A stretch of 64,000 nt of DNA. Source: Monocercomonoides exilis PA203 (lineage: Eukaryota > Protista > Preaxostyla). Position 1 is the first letter of the stretch. Each line of letters opens with the position of its first letter. Below, one piece after another: positions 1 through 11,160 of this stretch. The stretch is from contig LSRY02000012.1 in assembly GCA_001643675.2 (NCBI GenBank), forward strand, positions 1,612,001-1,676,000, read 5' to 3'. The position numbers and the translations under genes are program-made. Below the pieces are notes generated by a model. The model was not told the DNA's origin. It searched no databases and saw only the letters and a list, made by a program, of their open reading frames with translations.

Positions 1-3000
1 GAGATTGGCGAAGAATCTGGGGGCTGAGAGACCACTTCAGGCGACGGGGATGATTCAAGGAGATGGAGTGAAGGATACTTTGCGGCAGACTGTTGTGCCT
101 GTTTGGCGCTTGACTTCGCTTTGGCTTTTGCTTTAGCCTTTGCTTTTGACTTTGCTTTGGCTTTGCTTTTTGGCTTTGAACGCTCTTTTTCTGTTGAATT
201 TGAAGAATTATTTTGATCAGTCTTATTTGAATCTTTTGATCTCTTTTCTTTGTATTTGCTTGGAATTGTGTCGCTGTAATCAGAATTGAATGAGACATCA
301 GAAGAATACGAATCCGATTCGCTGTCGCTCTTTCCTTTTTGCTCATTTTTGAGACTCGACTTTTTGCTGTTTTTCAAATTTTCTTCTTCATCATCATTTT
401 CATTTTGATCTTCGTCAATTGCATCGCTCTCATCTTCACCAACTTTTTCGTTGGCTGTTTTCTCATTTTCTGGAACCGTTGTTGCAAGCTGCTTTTCTCC
501 TCCTTCAATAATTATCAAGTCGTCGTCTTCTTCCTGCGATTGTGATTTGTTTCGAGTGCTTCTGCTCCTCAACCTCAAAGCAATTCCGGTTTGATCCTTT
601 TCTGCATTGCTTTCAATCGAATCCTCATTCTCCTCTTCTTGTTCATCTTCGCTATAAGACTCCTCAAATTGCTCAGAACTTTCTTCCTCTTTCTTCTTCC
701 TTCCTTTACGAGTTGCAGGCGTCTTTGTGATCTTTTCTTTTTCACTCTGCATTTTTGTTCCATAAGTGTGCATCCTCGGGAAATCTGCCACTGGAGCCAC
801 TGCTCTCTCAAACTCTCTCTTTCTGCTAAGTTTCGCGCCAGTTGACTTCATCAGGCTCTTCATGATGTCTCTCTGCGACGTCGAGTGTGATGTGTATGTG
901 TGAAGCCTTCCTCGAAGCTTCGTTCTAAGTTTCTTTGTGCCTCTTCTGCCTCTCCGCTGTGACTTGTATTTGTATGGCTTCTTGTGGATGCGAGAGGAAG
1001 ATGGAGAAGATGAGGAGCTGTCTGATGATTCGTCCAAGAAGCCTCCACTTCCGCTTTCGTAATCTTCAAAGTCAGAATGCTCAGACAACGATGCAGAAGC
1101 GGCATCTTCATTTCCTGCTGACTCACCTTTATTCTCTTCTTCTGATTGTTTAACCCCTGATGCATCATTGCCTTCAGCAGCATCGCCCAATCCATCACTC
1201 TTTGATGGATGATCTGCTCTTAACTTCAATCTTTTCTTCACTGATTTTCCTGTTGATTCATTCACCTGCAATTCTCCTGAAAGGATTTCTGAACGATGCC
1301 TCTTTCGAGGGCGAATTGAGTCAGAAGCATCAGCATTGTCTTCAGTCTGATTGGTGTTGTCCATTTGCTCCTCATCTGCATTCTGTTGGGTTCGACTTTT
1401 GCTGCTTTGCAAAGAACGCTGTGAACGCCTTCTGTATTTCTGAGATTTACTTCCATTCTTCGATTGATCGTCGAAAGCAAATGAAGACAGGATTGAAGCA
1501 GACACGCTGTGCAGAGGAGGCTGAGATGGGCAAATGGAATGCGACATGGAGCGAAATGCATCGAGTGAAAGAACAGTGGAAGATGTTGGATCGGATAGAA
1601 TTCCATCAGGATTGGAAGAAGAAAACTGTGACAATTCTTCAGAAGCAGATGAAGGTGGAAGTCCAGACGCAGGCAGAGTATGAAACTGCTGCGTTGATCT
1701 GAAAGATGACAAGTCTGATGACAACAAATGAGAAATGGAGGGAGACGATGTTTGTGTGCGCATGTGAAGTGGAGTCTGTGCGAGTGAAGTGATGTCCGAA
1801 GTGATTGATTTGTGGAGAACAGATGGAGAATAAAGATGAGATGTTGACTGTCGGCCAGGTGCATCCAGCGACTGATGATATGCAGATGAGAAAAAGTTCG
1901 GAGGGACAAAAGGAATTGTGTTGCTAGTTGTGCCAAGCTGTTTGAGATGAAGCTGAAATGAGTCACTTGTCGAAGATGTTTGTTCGGAGTCTGTTTGAGA
2001 AAATGACTTCGAAGAAAGATCAGAAAGAGAAGGATTTTGATTTGCTAATCGATCATTCGATGTGTTTTCTTCGTCATCTGATGAAGGAAGAATTGCTGTA
2101 ACACGATCAGGCAAAGAATTTGATGTGTATGAAAATGGATTGGCTAATTGAGAGAATGTTGGAGTTGTTAAAGAAGACAGGGCTGAAGAGGAAGAAGAGG
2201 AAGAAGAAGAAGAAGATGATGATGATGAATCCGAAGAATAACTAAGTGGATTGTTTTCATCAGTCACATAATGAGAGATAAATGCAACAAGCGTCTCTGG
2301 GTGGCGATTCGACACGACTGGCGGGGGAGAAGACAGATCCAATGAAGTGGAATGCGCTTGCGGAGGTGAGAGTGAGTGGAATGCAGGCTTCGATTTGATT
2401 TGAAGTGGAGATTCAGCACTGCTTGAAGGGTACTTCTCAGATAGATAGTCTGGTGATGCAGAAGGAGAAGGAAGAGGAAAGAAGGAAGAGAATGTTCCAA
2501 GAGGCTGCAAAGACAGAGAATGAGATGCTGGATGAGGTGAAAAAGGCTGCGATGGCGTTGATAACAAAGACAGCTGCTGTGAAATGAAAGAATCCTCAGA
2601 ATCAGCCTTGTGCGATTGCTGGTCTGCTGAGCCAGGTAATTGTGATTCTCCTGCTTCATCTCCATTGTTCTGTTGTTCGTCTTTTCTGGTTACCTCAGAA
2701 TGTGAAGTGGACTGATCATTGCGTGTGTTAAACGATTCGCGTTCAGAATTGACTTGAAGTGTCTTTTCACTTGGTTCCCATTCAGAAATGGAAGAAGCAT
2801 CTGAAAATGAAATGGAAGGCGACTGGATTGAGTTCATCAACGTTGACAGTGTGGAGACTGGCCTGATGATGCGCTTTCCAAATGGATTGCGTGTTTTTGG
2901 TGTGTGCGACAAAAGTGAAATTGAAGAGTGGAATGAATTGGAAGGCGATTCAATTGCATGAATCGCTGAAACTTTCTGCTGAAGAGAATTTGAAATGGAA

Positions 3001-4772
3001 GGACGGATAAGTGAAGAGGAAGAAGAAGAAGAAGAAGAAGAAGATGCAAAATTCGTTGCAGATATCACGTTAAAGTTATTGTTTGAATGAGCAGTTGTTT
3101 GAATAGCTGATGGATCTCTTTCGGTTGGAAGCTGCTTTGCGGGCAGTTCTGTTGAAGATGCTTCGTTTGAAAGGGGAAATGCTTCAGGCAGCATTGAAGT
3201 CGTTGAAGATTGCGGATGCGGAACAAAAACAAAGCTTTCTTCTTTTGACTGTGTATCATTTAACTTTGCCACAGCGCCATTTTGTGGTGTGCTTATCTCA
3301 TTTGCATCGAGCTTTTTATCTTCTGCTTCCTTTTCTGAATTCAAAGGAGTCTGTTGGAGAAATTTTTTATCAGTATCAGAAAGCTCCGAGGCAAATGCAG
3401 AACTATTCAGCTCCATTTCCTGTTTCGGTGGCTGAATCGCTTCCTGGTGAATTAACGTGGCAATTGTGTCTGCATCTTTCATTGGCTGTGCTTCGAAATG
3501 GCTTAAAAACGATGTCATAAAAGAAACGCTCTGATTCTTTTTGAGCGAAGGCATTTCTTTGCTTTCGTTTTCTGTCTCCATTTCAGTATTTTGTTGCAGT
3601 TCAGTTTCTATACTTAAGTCGTGTGTTTTCATACTCTGAACAACTGTTTGAACAGTTGAGTCACTGGACTCTGCATCAGTTGAGGAAGATGAAAACACTT
3701 GTTTTTGAGCAACTTGCTTTGAACTTACATTCAGCCGCTGTTTGAGCAAATCGAAGTTTGTGTCCAGCATCGGGACACACACGTACAATGATTCGTTGGA
3801 AGATGATGCATCCTGAATGTGTTTGATGGTGAAAGGCACGTGATTGGTTGATGATGTGGAGAGTGTGGATATTGAAGAAGAAGACGATGAAGGTGTCAAT
3901 GAAAGAGAAGAAGAGGAAGGTGAAGTGAACGGAGACTGCCCATGAAAATGAGAATAGGATTGAGAATGCAATGAAGCACTCGCACGAAAAGAAGATGGTG
4001 TCATCAAAGAAGAAGAGGAAGAGGGAAATGAAGAGAGAGAATTTGAAGGTGAAGGTGAGAAAGCCAAAGAAGAACTTGGTGAAAAAGAAGACGATGATGC
4101 GATTTTGCTCAAATGAGGAATAACTTTTTGAGTAAAAGCTGAGTGAAGCCAAGCGCTTGTCACTCGACTCACAAGCGATGAATGGAAAAATGCTTGTTCT
4201 AACGTCACAAACCCAGTAATTTCCAAAGAAACATAACGAGAAGCAGAAGAAGCAGATGAAGATTGTTTAAATAAACAGTCTCGTGAGTGCTTTGGATTCA
4301 CATCATTTTGTTTATTTGGATCAAGATGCATATTTTGTGTGGAGGGTGTTACAACAACAGAGGCGGTTGCACAGAAATCAGGAAGAACGAACGATCGAGA
4401 AAACAGATTAACTGGGATGAGATATCCAATTTCGAAAGCATGGGATTCATCATCATTACTGTCAAACTGACCTTCACGGGAAATACTGACTGTTTCCCCC
4501 TTATCACTATCTTTGATTAGCCCGCTGCGATTTTCATTGCAAATGTCCGTTTTCTCTTCCGCTTTATCATCATCGGAATTGCTGCTATTAATTTTTGTAT
4601 TTTCGTCTTTTATTTTCATTTGAACCAAAGGATTATTGAGAATAGCTGCATACGGAACCAGTTCATTCGGACTTCTTTGCATTCTACGTATTGTAGCGTT
4701 TATTGATTCCTGATATTTGCTGAGCACAGCATCCGTTGTGTGTGTTGTAAGTCTGGAGGATAAATAACTCAT
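1..4772 (-). CDS. Large low-complexity hypothetical protein (>=1590 aa, runs off the left edge)
   Basis: ATG at 4772 (MSYLSSRLTTHTTDAVLSKYQ...). The frame was open everywhere I translated it (4772-4000, 3420-2730, 620-1), ending ...KAKSKAKAKAKAK...PEVVSQPPDSSPI at the edge. No track ORF occupies this frame, consistent with one stop-free frame that the track omitted because its stop lies outside the window. Confidence 0.8.
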   Translation of the reverse strand, partial: MSYLSSRLTTHTTDAVLSKYQESINATIRRMQRSPNELVPYAAILNNPLVQMKIKDENTKINSSNSDDDKAEEKTDICNENRSGLIKDSDKGETVSISREGQFDSNDDESHAFEIGYLIPVNLFSRSFVLPDFCATASVVVTPSTQNMHLDPNKQNDVNPKHSRDCLFKQSSSASSASRYVSLEITGFVTLEQAFFHSSLVSRVTSAWLHSAFTQKVIPHLSKIASSSSFSPSSSLAFSPSPSNSLSSFPSSSSSLMTPSSFRASASLHSQSYSHFHGQSPFTSPSSSSLSLTPSSSSSSISTLSTSSTNHVPFTIKHIQDASSSNESLYVCVPMLDTNFDLLKQRLNVSSKQVAQKQVFSSSSTDAESSDSTVQTVVQSMKTHDLSIETELQQNTEMETENESKEMPSLKKNQSVSFMTSFLSHFEAQPMKDADTIATLIHQEAIQPPKQEMELNSSAFASELSDTDKKFLQQTPLNSEKEAEDKKLDANEISTPQNGAVAKLNDTQSKEESFVFVPHPQSSTTSMLPEAFPLSNEASSTELPAKQLPTERDPSAIQTTAHSNNNFNVISATNFASSSSSSSSSSSLIRPSISNSLQQKVSAIHAIESPSNSFHSSISLLSHTPKTRNPFGKRIIRPVSTLSTLMNSIQSPSISFSDASSISEWEPSEKTLQVNSERESFNTRNDQSTSHSEVTRKDEQQNNGDEAGESQLPGSADQQSHKADSEDSFISQQLSLLSTPSQPFSPHPASHSLSLQPLGTFSSFFPLPSPSASPDYLSEKYPSSSAESPLQIKSKPAFHSLSPPQAHSTSLDLSSPPPVVSNRHPETLVAFISHYVTDENNPLSYSSDSSSSSSSSSSSSSSSALSSLTTPTFSQLANPFSYTSNSLPDRVTAILPSSDDEENTSNDRLANQNPSLSDLSSKSFSQTDSEQTSSTSDSFQLHLKQLGTTSNTIPFVPPNFFSSAYHQSLDAPGRQSTSHLYSPSVLHKSITSDITSLAQTPLHMRTQTSSPSISHLLSSDLSSFRSTQQFHTLPASGLPPSSASEELSQFSSSNPDGILSDPTSSTVLSLDAFRSMSHSICPSQPPLHSVSASILSSFAFDDQSKNGSKSQKYRRRSQRSLQSSKSRTQQNADEEQMDNTNQTEDNADASDSIRPRKRHRSEILSGELQVNESTGKSVKKRLKLRADHPSKSDGLGDAAEGNDASGVKQSEEENKGESAGNEDAASASLSEHSDFEDYESGSGGFLDESSDSSSSSPSSSRIHKKPYKYKSQRRGRRGTKKLRTKLRGRLHTYTSHSTSQRDIMKSLMKSTGAKLSRKREFERAVAPVADFPRMHTYGTKMQSEKEKITKTPATRKGRKKKEEESSEQFEESYSEDEQEEENEDSIESNAEKDQTGIALRLRSRSTRNKSQSQEEDDDLIIIEGGEKQLATTVPENEKTANEKVGEDESDAIDEDQNENDDEEENLKNSKKSSLKNEQKGKSDSESDSYSSDVSFNSDYSDTIPSKYKEKRSKDSNKTDQNNSSNSTEKERSKPKSKAKAKSKAKAKAKAKAKSSAKQAQQSAAKYPSLHLLESSPSPEVVSQPPDSSPI

Positions 4773-4864
4773 ATCAGCACTTGAACGTCGTGTTTTGTGA
4801 TATGTTATGAATGACCTTCATTTTACAAATTATAAATGAACGATAAGTGAATTTTATTAATTAT

Positions 4865-5584
4865 TCATCTAATTTGGAAATGGCTGCACTTTTCATACTT
4901 GAAAAATTCCTTCAAAGATGGATGAAACATGAAATGCAACGGTAAGGATGGAACATCGCATTTTCCAGAAATAAATGGATCAGGGGCTTCGGGGAGATGA
5001 TCCAATGGTTCAGTTCTTGTCATTTGAAAAAAACTTGGAATTGTGCTCTTCGAAAGAGCATTCATAATTTTCCAAATTCCATTTTCTAAAATTATAAGTA
5101 ATCAAATATTGTCATGAAGTACATAAAATGTAAAAGCCAACCAAAGTGCAATATTGCGAAAATATCGCTGCAGTCCTTCGTTAATTGAAGAGAAGTGTTA
5201 AAAATCATGAAAATTGGATTTGACTGATCGAATTCGATGTATTGAAATAGGAGTCTTTGTTGATATGACATACGAAGTTTGATTTCAAGAAAAGATAAAA
5301 TGCTCTAATCTCATACAATAAAAACATTCATTAAAATGGAAATTTTTCCAATTACAAAAAGAGTTAATAAAATTAAACAAATATAACTTGCAAAATAAAA
5401 TAGAATAAACATCTCTTTCAAATGATGAATTGAAGGATTGTCCATCATTTCCAAAAAACAGCACATCTTTTCCAATTAAAAAACTTGTAAGGAATTTGAT
5501 GGTTCCATCTGTAGCTGCTCTCCAATTCACTTCTGGGTATGCTTCACATATACTCCATTTTCCTAAAAGCTTTGCTTTTTTCAT
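4865..5584 (-). CDS. Hypothetical protein, ~185 aa, 3 exons
   Basis: Exons 5584-5411, 5304-5142 and 5085-4865 joined by GT-AG introns give a continuous frame (MKKAKLLGKW...ERD|SILSFLEIKLR...ILHF|ENGIWKIMNAL...FQIR*). Confidence 0.65.
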
Positions 5585-6364
5585 GATGACTTCTTAAATA
5601 TGATTTAAACAAAAAAACAATGTTTAAATCCATGAATAACCCAATTTATTTTCTTTTGAATTGACTTATTCTTTTATCTGAATAAATATAGCTTGACATA
5701 AGTTAACTATTGAAAAAAAATCATAGAACCGATTTTTTTGCATTGAAGCAATGAAATATGAAAATTTTTGTGATATTAAAAATCATAAAAATGCTAATGC
5801 AAAAACTATTATTTATATTTAATATTCTTTTCAAAAAAAAAATAGTAAATTTTATATTTTAACCGCAATTTGTTAAATTTTCATTTCAAAGAAATGAATT
5901 AATTTGGTTAGGATTTCTTCTATAACGTTTTTATCGAACAAATTTTTCCGAAAAACTTTCAAACTTTCTTTTCTTTTCTTTTTTGTTTCATCTTTTTTTT
6001 CCACATTTTGTTCATATCTTTTTCTTATCCTTTTATGATGAAAGTGCAGTTTCATCAAATAAAAATAATTATAAAACATCGAAAATATTGACACAAGAAA
6101 CCTTAATATAAGTTATTACCAGCTTTGCAACGATCAATGGAGTATTTTGTTTTTCATATTGGAAAAATTAATCAAAAATTACAAAGAAAAATAAATTTTC
6201 GTTCTAATGTGCATTGTTTGATTCTAATTTTCATGTTTTTTCTTTTTATTAAATAAATTTTTGTGGATATTTGATTTTTTCTAGCTATTATCAAAGCATT
6301 TCTTTTTGAAACAGAGGAAAATGAACGCGCTGAAGTAACAAAATTATGTATCGATATTGAGCGC

Positions 6365-8587
6365 ATGGAATATCGTCAGTGCAAGAAGCATTTTCGTGCA
6401 GACACAGCCAAGATTCTTGTTAGAAAAATGAAATCATCAGGAATTGAAGCATCTTTTAATGTTTTCAACAGAATAGTAATTTCTCTGTGTTTGGTTGGAA
6501 TGAGGCATTCATGCAAAGGAAGTCATTTTGTGAATATATTTCACAGCAGTGGATTAATAAAATTTTACATTAATTTGATGAAAGATGAATCTTTCTTACT
6601 TATCGATCGAGTGAAAGTTGCATGCATATTATGCTTTATTTTTATGTACAAGAAGATAAACGAGAAGCATATCAGAATAATATGCATGATATTTTTGACG
6701 TTTCTTTCAACTTTGGGAAATTTGACTCCAAAAGAAGTTCCAATTGTTCCAAAATGCAGCATCATCTTTGCACTGAAATGCTTGTGTTCTGATAGCTCAA
6801 ATCATAGATTTTTGCATTTTTACGGGCTGGATGCAATTTTGATTGATCTTGAAAAAGATGAGAATAAAGAAGTTAGATCTTTTGCCAGTGACGCAATCAA
6901 GATGTTGAAAAATGTAAATATGCAGTTATGGGATCATGTTTACTGCGCAAAAATGTCTGGCACTAGAAGATTCAACGATTTCCCAGGTGATGATTTGATG
7001 CGTTCTGCAACGCTGCTTGAAAAAACAAAGTCATCTTTTTTGATGGATCAGACCTGTTCTTGTCAACAAATCTCAAGTATTTTAATGACAAAAATATTTA
7101 ACGAGTATATTTATAGGCCGCATATTACACAACCTAATAAAGTCGTTGCATCTTCTCGCACTTTGGAACTTCGTCCATTTTCTGAATTATGCACTCTTTC
7201 AACATCCATCTTGAGTTCACCAAAATCTGACTGTCCGGAGGCTTTCAAACTTCCTGGATGTGAATCAAAGAGGCTTCCTTTTGAAGAGTCATCATATCTT
7301 GCTTATTCGAAAAAAGAAAATTTTCAAAAGGATTTAAACAAGAGAAAATGTGAGATTATTGCAAGTGTGTTCAAATATCAAAAACTATTCTCAAGAAGGG
7401 GCTTTAACATATATTTACACAGAAAGTCTGTTTTTGGGGATGCAGTCAACACAGTTATGAAGATGAGCAAGAATGACTTGGACTCAAAATGGATGATAGT
7501 ATTTTTAAGGGAATATGGGTTTGATAATGGAGGGTTGTTTAGAGAGTTTGTGACAATAGTTGTAAGCGAGTTATGTGATGTGAACGTGGGCATTATGAAC
7601 TGCATAACTGATTCAACAACATCAAGAGCGGGTTGTGGTTCTCTTATTTTGAGAAGGCGCGAGAAAGTTACATTGGAAGATTTAACATTTTGCAGATTTT
7701 TCGGCAGGATAATTGCAAAAGCATTTGAAATGAGTGTTGTTTTGCCTGTTAATATTAATGAACTCTTTTTCAAACAGCTTCTGCGTTCTGGCTACTGTTC
7801 GTCTTCGTTTGCGTCATCTCTTACTCCTTCTTCATCCTCTTCACCATCTGCGAAGTCTTCACATCTGATAAAAGAAATGCTCAATGATCTCTCGCTAATT
7901 TCAGCAGATATCTGTTCATCCTTGCAATACGTTTTGGAGTGTGAAACCCCAGCCAAGCTGGCTGAGTTAGATTTACATTTTGTGACAACCCTAGACGACG
8001 AGTATGGGGCAAGAGAGTTTCCGCTTGTGCCTGGCGGGAAGTTCATTCAAGTTGTGATGGAAAACAGAGAAGAATTTGTTGCATTGTCTTGTCTTGCCCA
8101 TCTTGTGTGGGGAACGGAGCAGCAGATGGAGGCAATCCGCGTTGGATTTAATGATGTTATACCACTAAAGCTTGTTGCATCAGCTATCAGAGGAGAAGAA
8201 CTAGCAATGATTATGTGCGGCGATGGGGAAGTAAATGCTTCAGATTTAAGGGCACATACAGAATTTGTCAATGGTGCTGGATATAAGGAAATCGATTGGT
8301 TTTTTGAAATTGTTGAGGAGATGAGCAAGGAAGAGAAAGCAAGGCTTATGGTTTTTGTAACAGGTTCTCCAAGAGTTCCATTTGGAGGTGCATCGCGGTT
8401 GATTGGGACAATAGAAATACTGCGTTGCTTTAGAATTTATATGATAATTAGTAGAAAAGATATTTTGCCAAGATCTCACACTTGCAATAATCAGATTGAT
8501 TTGCCTTTGTATTCTTCAAAGGAAATTATGAGAAAGTGTTTGCTTATTGCATGTTTTGAAGGATGTGTTGGATTTGAAATGTGGTAA
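6365..8587 (+). CDS. HECT-type E3 ubiquitin ligase with ARM-like N-terminus
   Basis: HECT motifs FLREYGFDNGGLFREF, FFGRIIAKA, IDWFFEIVEEMSKEEKARLMVFVTGSPRVP, catalytic LPRSHTCNNQIDLP and a -4 Phe at the C-terminus (GFEMW*). Intronless. Confidence 0.93.
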   Translation: MEYRQCKKHFRADTAKILVRKMKSSGIEASFNVFNRIVISLCLVGMRHSCKGSHFVNIFHSSGLIKFYINLMKDESFLLIDRVKVACILCFIFMYKKINEKHIRIICMIFLTFLSTLGNLTPKEVPIVPKCSIIFALKCLCSDSSNHRFLHFYGLDAILIDLEKDENKEVRSFASDAIKMLKNVNMQLWDHVYCAKMSGTRRFNDFPGDDLMRSATLLEKTKSSFLMDQTCSCQQISSILMTKIFNEYIYRPHITQPNKVVASSRTLELRPFSELCTLSTSILSSPKSDCPEAFKLPGCESKRLPFEESSYLAYSKKENFQKDLNKRKCEIIASVFKYQKLFSRRGFNIYLHRKSVFGDAVNTVMKMSKNDLDSKWMIVFLREYGFDNGGLFREFVTIVVSELCDVNVGIMNCITDSTTSRAGCGSLILRRREKVTLEDLTFCRFFGRIIAKAFEMSVVLPVNINELFFKQLLRSGYCSSSFASSLTPSSSSSPSAKSSHLIKEMLNDLSLISADICSSLQYVLECETPAKLAELDLHFVTTLDDEYGAREFPLVPGGKFIQVVMENREEFVALSCLAHLVWGTEQQMEAIRVGFNDVIPLKLVASAIRGEELAMIMCGDGEVNASDLRAHTEFVNGAGYKEIDWFFEIVEEMSKEEKARLMVFVTGSPRVPFGGASRLIGTIEILRCFRIYMIISRKDILPRSHTCNNQIDLPLYSSKEIMRKCLLIACFEGCVGFEMW

Positions 8588-9095
8588 AGTCAAGCTACTT
8601 CCATTCTTTAAAGCGTAATGTGAATAAACGTTATGATTCAAAAAGTCAATGAATTTGTTAATGATTGGGTTCAGATGTTATCTGAACTATCTTTTTTTCG
8701 GGAATTGAATTTATTTAGGTCAAATGGCCATCGGATAATATTGTTTTTGAAAGATTTCAATAACTCAAATTTATTTTCAATATCATTAAACATTGTTTCT
8801 GTAAATGATTCTTTTTTGTTGTTGTTGTATATAAAATATATATTCAAAAGAGCTTAAAATTTTTGTTCAATTATTATTATTAAAGATTTGTTAGTATTTC
8901 CGTGAGCTTTTTGAGTTGAGCATTTTGCGTAATGTGATTACTGTTGCATTTCTTTTTTTTCGAATATTTTTAATTTCTATTGAATATTTAAATCTTTTAC
9001 CAAAGAGTTTTGATTTTAATCCATTTTTTTGAAAAACTGAAATATCAACCTCAGTCATAATTATTTTATAATTTTCTTTTAATAAAAATAATAAA

Positions 9096-9175
9096 TTTTT
9101 ATTTCCTACACATGAATAAATATGTGAATCATTTTTTTAATAAAAATCACATATTTTCATGTGACGAAATAAAAA
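9096..9175. repeat. Inverted repeat / 80-nt hairpin
   Basis: tttttatttc-cacatgaa-aatatgtga pairs with tcacatatt-ttcatgtg-gaaataaaaa (about 28 bp, two small bulges). Confidence 0.7.
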
Positions 9176-9423
9176 GAGAATAACTTTCCAAAAATATTTT
9201 TTGCTTGAAACAGCACTTTGCTTTTGTCCATTGCAAAAAGAACATAATGAACTTTTTGAAATATTTTTTAAGACAAAATTCTTTGATCAATAAAAAAATG
9301 AAAAGAAAAGAAAAATGTGTGAAAAGTATTTTGTAATCCATTCTAATATTTAAAACTTTTTTGAGCAAAAAGCAATAATGATCCAAATGAAATGTTTTTA
9401 TTATAAAACACACGTTGATTTTG

Positions 9424-9481
9424 GTGATTATTTTTGAAATTCCAGCTCCAATAAAAAAGTGATGTTTTCAAAAATAATCAC
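9424..9481. repeat. Perfect 16-bp inverted repeat, 26-nt loop
   Basis: gtgattatttttgaaa (9424-9439) and tttcaaaaataatcac (9466-9481). Confidence 0.75.
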
Positions 9482-9524
9482 ACATTTTCTAAAAAAATAA
9501 AAATAACTTGTTTTGTCCAAATTC

Positions 9525-9621
9525 TGTTCCCATTCACGAAACTTCACTCAAATTGAAGCATAAAAACTTGATAATGCTGTTATTTGCATTCCATTCAAGT
9601 GAACTCTCGTGAAGGAGAACA
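9525..9621 (-). ncRNA. Candidate pre-miRNA-like hairpin (97 nt)
   Basis: Arms of ~42 nt (9525-9567 and 9579-9621). All four transition differences between the arms form G-U pairs on the minus strand. The inverted repeat is directly visible; RNA status is inferred. Confidence 0.4.
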
Positions 9622-9733
9622 TTTATTTGATTATTAAAAAAAATATCTTTTTTTTCAGAAAATTAATCAATAGGATTTTTCTATGAAAAATTTTTCATGC
9701 CAAATATTTTGTGACCTTCATAATATGCGGACA

Positions 9734-10090
9734 CTTTCCTTATGTCTGGACAATAGCTTTTTCTCTGCAGCAAATGATTGCAGAATTCAGATCTTTTCCC
9801 ACATCATTTGAAAGACGAATGAAAGGAAATGAAGTTCTCCGACAATACTTCATTCTAGTGCTTTCATAAACAAAAAATTAACTTTGTTTTTCGGTAAACC
9901 AAATGGCATATTTTTTTGCAGAATTTTTCCGGAATACAAAAAAAAATCTTTTGATAATGAAAGCACAAGAATGAAGTATTTTCGAAGTGCTTCTTATTCT
10001 CACATTCGTCTTTCAAATGATGTGAAAAAAGATCTAAATTCTGCAATTATAAGGTGCTGAGAAAAGTCAACTGTTATACCACAAAGAAAG
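9734..10090. repeat. Long imperfect foldback (~165-bp arms)
   Basis: The core attgcagaattcagatcttttcccacatcatttgaaagacgaatg...aatacttcattctagtgctttcat pairs with 9957-10047 and includes a perfect 22-bp block. Loop ~9899-9925. Confidence 0.9.
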
Positions 10091-10813
10091 AATTCTCTTA
10101 TTAATAAAATAACTATTCGAAAAAAAAGATTTGTTTTGCAACGAAATAATCGTGCATAGATAATTTTTCTAATCGTTAATAGAAACAAATGAATGAAACT
10201 AAACCAATCCATTCTTTCATAAATAAAAAAGAATTATTTCAAACCATTTCATATTCAATTACGAAACCTTTCAGCGATATGAAAACAATTAGAAAACTTA
10301 TATTTTGTTAAATTGAATAAAGGTTTTTTTTTTTTTTTTTTTTTCGTTGTTGTTGCTGCTGCTGCTGAAGTTGTTGTTACCTTCAAATATTAAAAATTTC
10401 ATATTCAGAAAGCTCAGACATATTGCGCACCTTTGTTGAATTTTTGGAATAATAACTGTAATTTTCATCCATATCAGAAACGTCCTCATCATCATCTTTT
10501 TTGTGATCTGAAATCTCTTCTTCTTTATATTGACCAACTTTGAATTAGCTAAATTTCTTAAGCACAACAATTTATGGATTAAGTCTTCTTTATGGAACAA
10601 AAAAAAATAAATAACTCCCAAATATTTCTAATATATTCCAGCTCATTGAAAATTGGACAGAATAAACCATATTAACTGTTTTGTGACTTCTTTTATCTCA
10701 TTTTCATGGATGAAAATACAAACTTTAAAGACTTTTTTGTGCACAAAACACTGAAAAGTGATTTCACTTATGACTGTTAAAAACTTTTTTAAATTTCAAA
10801 ATAAATACAGTTT

Positions 10814-11160
10814 TCGCACAAAATACCGGACAAGATCGATTTCACAATAACTGCAAGAGGAAGAATTCTGACAATTTTCCTCAAAATATTTCTCATCAAT
10901 ACAAACTCATTTGAGATACAAATCTTTCAAAATAGCTTCGTTTGTGCTCAGAAAAAATTATTATCGATATTTCGGGGAAATAGGATTTTGAGTTTCTCCG
11001 AGATTTTAATTATCATTTTTTTCTGAGCACAAACGAAGCTATTTTGAAAGATTTGTATCTCAAATGAGTTTGTATTGATGAAATATATTTTGAGGAAAAT
11101 TGATAGAATTATTTCTCTTGCGGTTGTTGTGAAATCGATCTTGTCCGGTATTTTGTGCGA
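10814..11160. repeat. Near-perfect long foldback (167-bp arms, 12-nt loop)
   Basis: Arms 10814-10980 and 10993-11160, with perfect blocks of 34 bp and 65 bp (10893-10957 vs 11017-11081). Confidence 0.97.

Noticed and set aside
10091-10235. Weak inverted symmetry (also 11435-11518, 8669-8687 and 44540-44690)
   Set aside because: Matches are short and AT-only or too brief to distinguish from chance by eye.
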